DNA of 64,000 nucleotides, from the NCBI RefSeq assembly GCF_009914755.1, contig NC_060946.1. The stretch is one strand, 5' to 3'. The DNA comes from the human T2T-CHM13v2.0 reference genome, Homo sapiens. Positions 52,118 through 64,000 of this stretch are shown in pieces. The position numbers were made by a program, and so were the translations under genes. Every line of letters starts with the position of its first letter. Position 1 is the first letter of the stretch. Below the pieces are notes generated by a model. The model did not search any database, was not told the DNA's origin, and was given only the letters and a program-made list of their open reading frames with translations.

Positions 52118-52351
<234 letters not shown>

Positions 52352-52701
52352 TTAGCAGGATGATACAGGAAATAAAGAAATTCTGTTCTGGCTGTGCTAG
52401 GTTCTGTGATTTTACGGCTAGGTTCTAGTGATTTTCAAAACTTGTCATTTCCTTAGAGAAATCTGAGCACTGTAGACCATTTCTGCTTTTTATGACAGTG
52501 CCATCTCTGTGCTAAGGTCTGTATCGGTAGAGATGGAAAATGTTGGTCAGTCTCTTTGATTACTACCTTGTCTCACACTTGACACTCAGACATGAAAATG
52601 ATTCCATGTAGGAAGGCAAGTGGCATTCTGAACTGTGAGTCTACTTTTTTTTTTTTTTGAGACGGAATTTCGCTCTTGTCGCCCAGGCTGGAGTGCAATG
52701 A

Positions 52702-52854
<153 letters not shown>

Positions 52855-54743
52855 TAGTCTCGAACTCCTGACCTCAGGTGATCCACCCGCCTCAGCCTCC
52901 CAAAGTGCTGGGATTACAGGTGTGAGCCACCACACCCAGCGATATTTACAGATTGTACAGATTATATTATATTATCTGTACAAGAAAGATGCTTCCATGG
53001 TTCCCTGATTATTGCCAAAGGAGTAATGTTGTCATTAGCAGGACAGCAAGACATTCATCTCAAAAAAACACTGAAACATATCAGAGAATGAACGGGAAGA
53101 ATCAGTGGAATGCCTAATGAAGCATTATTTCTAAAATTTTTACATTCTTAAAATTAGTTTTAGAATATGTGGTATAGTTTGGAATGCTAGGTTTAAAAAG
53201 GGCTACTCAGGGAGTTGGGCTTGTCAGAATAACTTGTCTGACATATGTAGAACCACTTCATGGTTGTTTTCTTTTTCTTTTTCTTTTTCTTTTTTTTTTT
53301 TTTTTTTTTTTTTTGAGACAGAGTCTCGCTCTGTCGCCCAGGCTGGAGTGCAGTGGCGTGATCCGGCTCACTGCAACCTCCGCCTCCCAGATTCAAGCAA
53401 TTCTCCTGCCTCAGCCTCCAGAGTAGCTGGGACTACACGTGTGCGCCACCACACCTGGCTAATTTTTGTATTTTTAGTAGAGAGGGGGTTTCACCATATT
53501 GGTCAGGCTGGTTTTGAACTCCTGACCTTGTGATCTGCCTGCCTTGGCCTCCCAAAGTGCTGGGATTACATGCGTGAGCCACCATGCCTGGCCCACTTCT
53601 TGGTTTTCAACTACAGCAGCAAACAGATTTTTAGGGAAATAATCAGAATGCAACTGTGTGGCATGAAATATAAGACGATGCTTTCACCATTTACCGTTTC
53701 ATCTCTATCGTCAACTATAATGGCAGAAGCCAGGTGCGGTGGCTCACGCCTATAATCCCAGCACTTTGGGAGGCCTGGGCAACGTAGTGAGACCTTATCT
53801 CTGCAAAAAAGTAAGCAAAATTAGCTGAGTGTGTTGACAGATGTCTGTAGTCCTAGCTACGCCTATAATCCCAGCACTTTGGGAAGCTGAAGTAGGAGGA
53901 TTGTTTGAGCCTGGGAAGTCAAGGCTGCAGTCAGCTGAGATTGTGCCACTCCACTTCAGCCTAGGCAACCGAGCAAGACCGTCTCAAAAATAAAATAAAA
54001 TAGAAATAAAATAAATAAATAAATATAATGGCAGAGACAGTACAGTTACAGTGAATATAATATTTAAAATGATGAAATGATTGATTCTAGAGTGGGTTAT
54101 AGATAATAATCCCCAAATCTTTTTCCCTTAAGAGTTTCAAAATCAGCTGCCCATCTTTCAGTGATAGTTTAATTGTAGCCGTCTCTTGAGCAAGGGATGC
54201 ATTTTATTTTTAAAACTTGTTAAATATGGTTGATTTTAATAATATCTAAAAGACAAAGCTTATTTTGGTGGTGGTAAGATTTTTATACTATTTAAAAGAT
54301 TAAAATGATGCTTGATAACAACTTTGGGGAGTTAGGAAGAAAAATAAAAAATAAATAAAATGATGCTTGAGACCAGGAGGTCAAGGCCGTAGTGAGCCAT
54401 GATTGCGCCACTGCACTCTAGCCTGGGTGACAGAGTGTTACCCTATCTCAGAAGAATTTAAAAAATTAAAAGGAATCAAGAAATAACAGAAATTGGAAGT
54501 GGTTTGAACCTGCCTAGACTGTTGGGTAAGCTTTTTCAAAATATACATACGTGCTAGGACTCTATAAATAGAGTTGTTGAATGAGAATCTCAAAGGGAGG
54601 GCTTAGAACATGTGTTTTTGTTTTTGTTTTTTTTGAGACAGGGTCTCACTCTGTTTCCAAGGTTGGAGTACAGTGCCGAGATCATGGCTCACTGGAGTCT
54701 TGACCTCCGGGGGTCAAACAATCTTCCTGTCTCAACCTCCTGA

Positions 54744-54929
<186 letters not shown>

Positions 54930-56569
54930 TGAAGAGCTCCCCGGGCGTTTCTCACATACACCACTAACCTAGTGGGTACTCATTTAGCTAGGTGCATGAG
55001 ATGCCTGATGACTTAAGGGGACAAGCCAGTTCTGTGGCCATTGGTCATGTTTTAAAGCAGAGAATGTGCCTTCCACATGCCTCTGTAGTCTCATCCCCAG
55101 TCACTCAGTCCTTAAATTCATTCACATCTTTATCATCATCACCACCATCAATAAGTGATGACGTTACATTTATCTAACCATTTCAACACTTTTTTAATAG
55201 ATTATACCTGATAGAATAGTAGACTAAAAGTTTTGTATCCTACAGGTTTTAAATTTAAGTTGAAGGTCTACTTTTTCTATAAGTACTTCACCATGAAGCC
55301 CACCTGTTTTATAAAGTAATATATTTTATTTTCTCACCCCAATGTACCTATGTAATTTTATTTGTTTTTGTTTTTGCTTTTTTTGAGATGGGGTCTTGCT
55401 CTGTCTCCCAGGCTAAACTGCAGCGGCATGATCATATCTCACTGCAGTCTCGACCTCCCAAGCGATCCTCCCACTTCAGTTTCCCAAGTAGCTAGGACTA
55501 CAGGCATAAGCCACCATGCCTGGCTAATTTTTTAAATTTTTGTAGAGATGGGATCTCACTTTGTTGCCAGGGCTTACTTATATAATTTTTTTAAATCACT
55601 GTATTCATAGTGATTAAATGTTTCCTCTTGTCTTCATCTCCTGATTCAATTTTAATGCAGAATAAATAATGTAGTCTCTATGTAAATAAATTTATAGATG
55701 AATAAACCTGTTTTTTACTTACATGTCTAGTACATATTGATAGACCATTTCAGGATGCCATTATACCAATAATCTGTAAACCACCATCTAGTGAAGAATT
55801 ATAGAGGATTTCCCTGTTTGTTTGTTTGTTTGTTTTTAAGCCCTAGGGAGAAATAGAAAATCTTGAAATATAATAAAGTTTTCATGTAGTATAAATACTA
55901 GAAAATTAAAAATAAATGACTTGGCTGGGCACGGTGTCTCACACCTATAATCCCAGCACTTTGGGAGGCCAAGGTGGGCCGATTGCTTGAGGCGTGGAGT
56001 TTGAGAACAGCCTGGCCAACGTAGCAAACTCCACCTCTACTAAAAAAAAAAAAAAAAAAAATTAGCCAGGCATGGTGGTGCATGCTTGTAATCCCAGCTA
56101 CTCAGGAGACTGAGGCATGAGAATCACTTGAACCCAGGAGTCAGAGGTTGCAGTGAGCTAAGATTGCGCCACTGTGCTCCAGCCTAGGCAACAGAGCAAG
56201 ACTCTGTCTCAAAAAATAAATAAATAAATGACATTTGTATTTCTCTTTTTTACCTTTGTGTGTAGTCCTCATTGACACTGAGAAACTCTCTGAGGTAAAG
56301 ATTAGCAAGAATCAGCCCTAGACAAGAATCAGGAGCTACCTAAAGAAATGAATAATAATGAAAAGTTTCTAAATGGTCAATGGAGATTCATTCCTAACAT
56401 GTGAAAAAGCCAAAGACTTCCAGGTCTTCTATGTAAATAATTATTTTGATTTCATTTGTTGTCATAATAGCGGTTGTCCATGTAAATTTTACTCTTCTAA
56501 GATCCTGCCTGGCTTTGGATTCCCGGGTGACAACCAGTTCAAGTGTAAATTTTTTATTTTGGTAATAAT

Positions 56570-56815
56570 TATAGCTAATACTTATGTAGTGCTAAGTGTT
56601 ACGTTTTAAGTGTTTTATTACTTAAATCCACTTAGGTGGATTATTGTATAATCCACATAACAACTTTGTGAAGTCAGTGCTATTGTTATTTCCATTTTAC
56701 ATGAGGAAACTGAGGCACAGAGAAGTTTGGTAGCTCTTTCCAAACTTAGTGAATTGCTAAGCCAGGATTCCAACTCACAAAAACCTAACTCAGAATCCAC
56801 ACTTTCAACCACAAA
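56570..56815 (-). mobile_element. MIR element
   Basis: CCATTTTACATGAGGAAACTGAGGCACAGAGA MIR core. Confidence 0.75.
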
Positions 56816-56950
56816 ACAGTGCATAATACCTATGCCAAACATAATACCTGTGTCACTCAGTGAATTGCTAAGCCAGGATTCCAACTCACAAAAACCTAAC
56901 TCAGAATCCACACTTTCAACCACAAAACAGTGTATAATACCTATGCCAAA
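56748..56950. repeat. Near-perfect 92-bp direct duplication (period 111) at the end of a MIR
   Basis: 56748-56839 versus 56859-56950, one mismatch. Confidence 0.95.
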
Positions 56951-58236
56951 AAATACTATCTGGTAATATTTTTTAAAGTATTTTCTCCTTACATTTTTTA
57001 TAAGACATCCATCTGAGAGAAGTCTTAGTATAAAAGTTATTTCAAGTTTGGAGAGTAGTATACTTTTTTTAAATCAGGTAAAATTTATATGCAGCGAATT
57101 TCACAGATCTTACATATGCAGTTCAGTGAGCTTTAACAAAGGTAACCTACAGCTCAGTCAAGATACAGAACATTTCCATCGTCCTGGAAAGTTCCCTCAT
57201 GCTCCTCCAGTCAGTCTCCACCTTCATAGGCAGCCACTCTTTTGGTTTCTGTCATCATAGACTGTTTTGCCTTTTCTTGACTTTGTGTAAGTAGAATCAT
57301 ACAGAATCATAATATGTATATGTAGCCTTTCTGTTTGTTTAGTTTTGCTCAATATATGCAAATCTATTTAGAGTATTTTTTATTCAGTCATTGCATTTTT
57401 TCTGAGAGGCCTGTTTTACATTATAAAGGAAACACTAGCTTTTTCTTTCACCCCATTCTCCAACTGCACAGTAATAGTTTATTAATTACTTCCTTATATG
57501 CTGCGAAAACTACCTAATATTAAGCAGACTTCTTTTCAAAATCAGACCATGTTAAAATTCTAATCTAGTTAGTTTCAGGAAATAATTAAAAATACAAACC
57601 TAGATTGTAGTAGAGACCTGTATCATTTCATCCATTTTCAGTCTTTGTTATATCTTCCTTTCTGGGTGTTTTGTGTAGCTGGTAAAATATGAAGAACATT
57701 ATTGCTTTTCTCTTCGAGAGGCATGATCTTAAGTGTCCTGGAAGAGCTTTCCTTCTTGGCTGCAGAATCTCAGAACTGATAGTGAGACTTTGCAGAGTCC
57801 AGCTTCCAATATCTAGGCTTTCGATTGGCTCAATAAACTTGTTAGAAGAGCCTTTCCATCTTAAGTGGTTCCACATCATAAAATGCTGACTTTGTTTTTT
57901 AATTCTTTACAGTTTTACCACGTTGCCTGAGGATCTATTGAGATATAGTTTTATCAGAAGAAATTCAGGCCAGATTGACTATAAAGTTGAGTTCTGTGAT
58001 CAAAGGCCATAACACCTTCCAAGTTTACTCCTAGGGTTTAAAGGTCATTGCTTTAACACATTTTTTTTCCTCCTTCACATGGAAAGGTTTCTTTTTTCTT
58101 GAGTAAATTTTTTGTTTCTGGGTACAGTGGCTCACGCCTGTAATCCCAGCATTTTGGGAGGCCGAGGCCGGTGGATCACCTGAGGTCAGGAGTTCAAGAC
58201 CAGCCTGACCAACATGGTGAAACCCCATCTGTACTA

Positions 58237-58451
<215 letters not shown>

Positions 58452-58766
58452 TTAGAAGTTTAGAAGCATTTACTTAATGATCACTCAATAGTGTTGATAA
58501 TTAATAGGTTTGGGAAAATATAGCCAGTGTTTTAAATATTTCTCATGTAGTCAATTGTATGAAATTGGATTCAGCAAACATAGGAATACTTTGAAGGGTA
58601 TAAAAGATGGTTTTTTTGATCCTGCTTTGATTTCCAAATAATTTTCTTGTTTTAGAAGTAACTTCCTGATATGTGTTAATGTATACTGTTACTAATGAAA
58701 ATGAGAGATAACACATAGTTATTAAAATTATGGATTTTCTTACCTTCTGAAATAAAAAAGAATTGA

Positions 58767-58982
<216 letters not shown>

Positions 58983-59613
58983 TAGCCAGACTGGCCTTGA
59001 ACTCCTGACCTCAGGTGATCTGCCTGCCTCGGCCTCTCAAAGTGCTAGGATTATAGGCGTGAGCCACTGCACCCAGCTGATTTTTAAATTTCTTTTTATT
59101 TTATGGACTATAGCTGTGAAATAGCCAAAAGCAAAGTTCAGGAAAGGAAGAAAATAAGATGAAAAAAAGGAAAGGTCGGATAATTCATCAGTTATAACCA
59201 GCCTCTGCTTTTGTAAGAGTATTTACTACTTGAGTAAATTAGGAAATTTTCAATGTTGAGTAACAGTGGCAGACTTAACATGAATAATTATCAAGGAAAT
59301 AAATAGCTGTAGTACAAAGTTCAGTATTCTGCCTAAGAAACCTAGGAGACTCTTAGCCAGCTCAATCTTGAAAGAAAAAAATGTGATATGAGCTCTTCTT
59401 GGCCCCATTTTGTTGCTTCAGCTGCTTCACATTGGCCCGTAAGGCCTCCACTTATCACTCTCTCTTATTTCTTGCCAACTTCATCAACAAAAACATAAAT
59501 TTGTTTCTATTGTAGATGTCCGAAAAGTTAAATAAAAATATTTTATTAATGGAATACAAGTTACAGAATTTGCTGGTGAGATAAACTATATATAGGTAAA
59601 ACAATTAGATCCT

Positions 59614-60240
59614 AGGCCATGGGACATGGGTCACACCTGTAAACCCAACACTTTGGGAGGCCGAGGCAGGCAGATTGCTTGAGGCCGGGAGTTCGAGACC
59701 AGCCTGGGCAACATGGTGAAACCCCATCTCTACTAAAAATAGAAAAATTAGGCCAGGCATGGTGGCTCATGCCTGTAATCCCAGCACTTTGGGAGGACTA
59801 GGCGGGCAGATCATTTGAGGTCAGGAGTTCGAAACCAGCCTGGACAACATGGTGAAATCTTGTCTCTACTGAAAATACAAAAATTAGCCAGGCCGTGTGG
59901 TACACACCTGTAATACTAGCTATTCAAGAGGCTAAGGCAGGAGAATTGCTTGAACCGGGAAGTCGGAGGGTGCAGTGAGGTGAGATCACGCCACTGCCCT
60001 CCAGCCTGGGTGACAGAGCAAGACTCTTTCTCAAAAAATAGTAGCAATAAATAAATAAAAATACAAAAATAGTCAGGCCTGGTGGCTCACGCCTGTAATC
60101 CCAGCTATTTGGGTGGCTGAGGCACAAGAATCACTTGAACCCAGGAGGTAAGAGTTTTAATGGGCCAGGATCGTGCCACTGCTCTCCAGCCTGGGTGACA
60201 GAGCAGGACTCTGTCTCCCAAAAAAAAAAAAAAAAAAAAA
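59614..60240 (+). mobile_element. Nested Alu-in-Alu (full Alu inserted in the middle A-tract of another)
   Basis: Left monomer 59614-59750, full Alu 59751-60060, then right monomer resumes to about 60240. Confidence 0.8.
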
Positions 60241-61228
60241 ATTAGATCTAAGGTAATCATATACTGAACATGAGTACTAAGGAAATTCAAAGATCTTTGA
60301 CCAAGCCGTTTTTCTCCTGGGACTATCCCCATAATAATTAAAGCACCAGTACATGGGACATAAAAGTACTAAGATATAAGTACAAAGATATTTATTATAG
60401 CAGCAAAAAGCTGAAAAGCAGTTTGAATTCCTACAGTATAGAAATGGCTGAATAAGTTATGGTCTCTTCACCCCAAGAAATGTCATGGAGGCATCAAGCA
60501 GAATGAATTGAAGCTATACCAAACGACTTGAAGGAAAAGCATTCCATGACATATTGTTCTGTTGGAAAAGGAAGATACCAAAAAGAGTGTGTAGTGTCCC
60601 ATTTTGTAAAACAGTAGTGATCCAAAAAGCCCCAAATGCATGTATGTATGATTTTGTGAGAGTTGAGAAAACTCAGAAAAGATACATACTAGATTACAAA
60701 CCTGGGCAAGGTGTTGATGTGAGTAGGAGAAGGGAATAGGGATAAGGAGCCAAACAATGAAGGAAAGAGGGAAAAACATTTATTGAAATAATTCAGTATT
60801 ACATTTATCTACAACTGTACAGTGTGTGTATATAAGGAAGTGAAATTGTTACCTTTTTAAAATTAAGAGGGGGCCGGGCACGATGGCTTACACCTGTAAC
60901 CCCAGCACTTTGGGAGGCTGAGGCAGGCCAAGATTGCGCCACTGCACTTCAGCCTGGGAGATAGCGAGACTCCCTCTCAAAAAAAAAAAAAAAAACCATT
61001 GGCCAAGTCAGCAAAGGCCCTATATTGTATAGTTTCATTATATAAAATCTCTGCAGTAGGCAAATCCATAGAGACAGATAATAGATTAGGAGTTGCCAGG
61101 GGCTGGAGGATTGTGAGAAAATGGGGAGTAACTGCTCATAAACATGGAGGTTTTTTTTGTTATTGAAATGTTTTAAAATGCATTGTGGTGATGGTTGCAC
61201 AATTATGTGACATACCAAAAACTCTTGA

Positions 61229-61766
<538 letters not shown>

Positions 61767-61960
61767 CTATCATTTCTTCCAAATTTTTGCAGTGGAATAC
61801 AAGTTTGAAACCTGGTTATCTCCTTAATTCTCCATGTGCTGTGAGGAGATTTGGCATAAATTGAACAATTGGACTTGAGTATTTCCATCTAATATTAAAC
61901 TACCTTAAGTACTTTGGCACTGCAGAAATGTAAAGCATCCCTTTTATTTGTCATTTCTAG

Positions 61961-62368
61961 GGGAGGTAACTCCAGGACTATCTCAGGTGGAATATGCACT
62001 TCGCAGACACAAACTAATGTCTCTGATCCAGAAGGAAGCTCAAGGGCAGAGTGGGACAGACCAGACAGTGGTTGTGCTCTCCAACCCTACATACTACATG
62101 AGCAACGATATTCCCTATACTTTCCACCAAGACAACAATTTCCTGTACCTATGTGGATTCCAAGAGCCTGATAGCATTCTTGTCCTTCAGAGCCTCCCTG
62201 GCAAACAATTACCATCACACAAAGCCATACTTTTTGTGCCTCGGCGAGATCCCAGTCGAGAACTTTGGGATGGTCCGCGATCTGGCACTGATGGAGCAAT
62301 AGCTCTAACTGGAGTAGACGAAGCCTATACGCTAGAAGAATTTCAACATCTTCTACCAAAAATGAAAG
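61961..62368 (+). CDS. XPNPEP3: XPNPEP3 next constitutive coding exon ([20 protein letters not shown]...[11 protein letters not shown]), aminopeptidase P N-terminal domain; gene continues beyond window
   Basis: TTTCTAG| acceptor, AAG|GTAAC donor, 408 nt; [17 protein letters not shown] and ELWDGPR motifs typical of AMP_N; within ORF 61948..62415. Confidence 0.97.
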
Positions 62369-62546
62369 GTAACAAATGGGAGCAGAAGTCACATTACAAA
62401 CCAGATTGGGATTAAAACCTTTCTTGCCTGTTTAGACAAGTCCTTAATTTTGTTATCGTAGCACCACCATGAAAAGACCATGAGCACCATGAAAGAAATG
62501 TAAAGTCTTTTTCAGAAGATTGAGCTTCTTTAAAGATTTCATTTAT

Positions 62547-62838
<292 letters not shown>

Positions 62839-63369
62839 GATTCATTTATTCATTTGCAGGAGGTTACAGTGAGCCAGTGAGCTAAGATCCCGCCACTGCA
62901 CTCCAGCCTAGGCGACAGAGCAAGACTCCATCTCAAAAAAAATAATAAAATGAAAGTATATAATTTAAGAGTTTTTGGTATAGTCATAGAATTGTGCAAC
63001 CATCACCACAATGAATTTTAGAACATTTCAATTAAAAAAAAACTCCATGTTCACTGGATTATTCATTAATGGAGACTGTTACCTATCCTAGTTTGAAATC
63101 TCACAGAGAATTTTCTTTTAAAGCAAAGGATAAGCCAGACACAGTGGTGTACGTCTGTAGTCCAGCTACTGGAGAGGCTGAGGTAGAAGGATCGCTTGAG
63201 GCCAGGAGTTCAGGTCCAGACTGCACAACGTAGTGAGACCCCATCTCCAAAAAATAAATAAATTAAGGACAGGATGGGCATGGACCACTCTTCAAGATTA
63301 CTGACCAGCTTCTTGATATTTGACAACTACTTCTTATCTTAGTGCTCTTGCCAGCTCTTCAAAAGGAGG

Positions 63370-63540
63370 TACTGTTCTCCAAGAACGATCCATGCATCAC
63401 AGCATCAGAATCACCTGGTAATGCATATTAAAATTAAAAATGCATAATATGTAATAGAAATTAAAATCTCAGGCCTCCATCCCCTATCTACTGAATCAGA
63501 ATCTGCATTTTAACAGATCTTTTGTGGTTCATATACAGTT
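63370..63540. mobile_element. MER5A-like fragment
   Basis: CAGCATCAGAATCACCTGG...CTACTGAATCAGAATCTGCATTTTAACAG. Confidence 0.65.
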
Positions 63541-64000
63541 GAGTTCTTTTTTTGTTTTTTTTTAGGCAGGGTCTCACTCTGTCACCCAGGTTGGGATGTA
63601 GGTATAGTGGCACACTCATGGCTCACTGCAACCTCGAACCCCAAAGCTCAAGCAGTCTTCCTGCCTCAGCCTCCAGAATACTGGGACTACCTGGGCACAC
63701 CACTATGTCTGGCTAATTTTTTTTTATTTTTTTGTAGAGATGGAGTTTCACTTTGTTGCCTAGGCTGGTTTTGAACTCCTGGCCTCAAGTGAGCCTCCCA
63801 CCTCAGCCTCCTGAAGTGCTGGGATTACAGGTGTGAGGCACCGTGCCTGGCCATAGTTGAGTTCTTGTCCCTCAAAGAAATTACTTTCTCTACAGTTATT
63901 CTGGTGAAATTTTAATCAATCCGAATGTTTTGAGATTTTTCTTCTGGGAATTTTTTCAGAACCTACACCACATTATAAACTATCTTTAGTAATTCTTAAA

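Noticed and set aside
52953-52983. 10-bp inverted repeat TTGTACAGAT...ATCTGTACAA
   Set aside because: Too short and AT-rich to support a miRNA or other structured RNA call.
56618-56966. ORFs with an internal 31-aa repeat
   Set aside because: By-product of the 111-bp-period duplication, since 111 is divisible by 3.

Overview
Alu-rich human (primate) genomic DNA that I recognise as the ST13 / XPNPEP3 / DNAJB7 locus (22q13.2, from recall). The complete ST13 (Hip, Hsp70 co-chaperone) gene lies on the minus strand. Its 12 GT-AG coding exons (36732 down to 6733) sum to 1110 nt, i.e. 369 aa plus stop. ST13 shares a CpG-island bidirectional promoter (perfect HSE, CRE, ETS and CTCF-like motifs) with XPNPEP3 on the plus strand. 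The first three XPNPEP3 coding exons and a stop-containing cassette exon are in the window; the gene continues beyond it. The intronless DNAJB6-like retrogene DNAJB7 is nested antisense in XPNPEP3 intron 1. The rest is Alu, L1, MIR, DNA-transposon fragments and a MER41A solo LTR. Nearly all short ORFs in the track are Alu or low-complexity artefacts. The most interesting unexplained features are: (1) an apparent Alu-mediated 3' transduction inside the MER41A LTR; (2) an 87-aa alternative-frame ORF created when the XPNPEP3 cassette exon is spliced in; (3) a 408-nt phase-symmetric XPNPEP3 exon flanked by inverted Alus, which would be a stop-free circle if back-spliced; (4) a ~180-bp templated copy of the exon-2 upstream region pasted into an Alu 1.1 kb away. 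All of these are hypotheses from reading the sequence; no searches were run.
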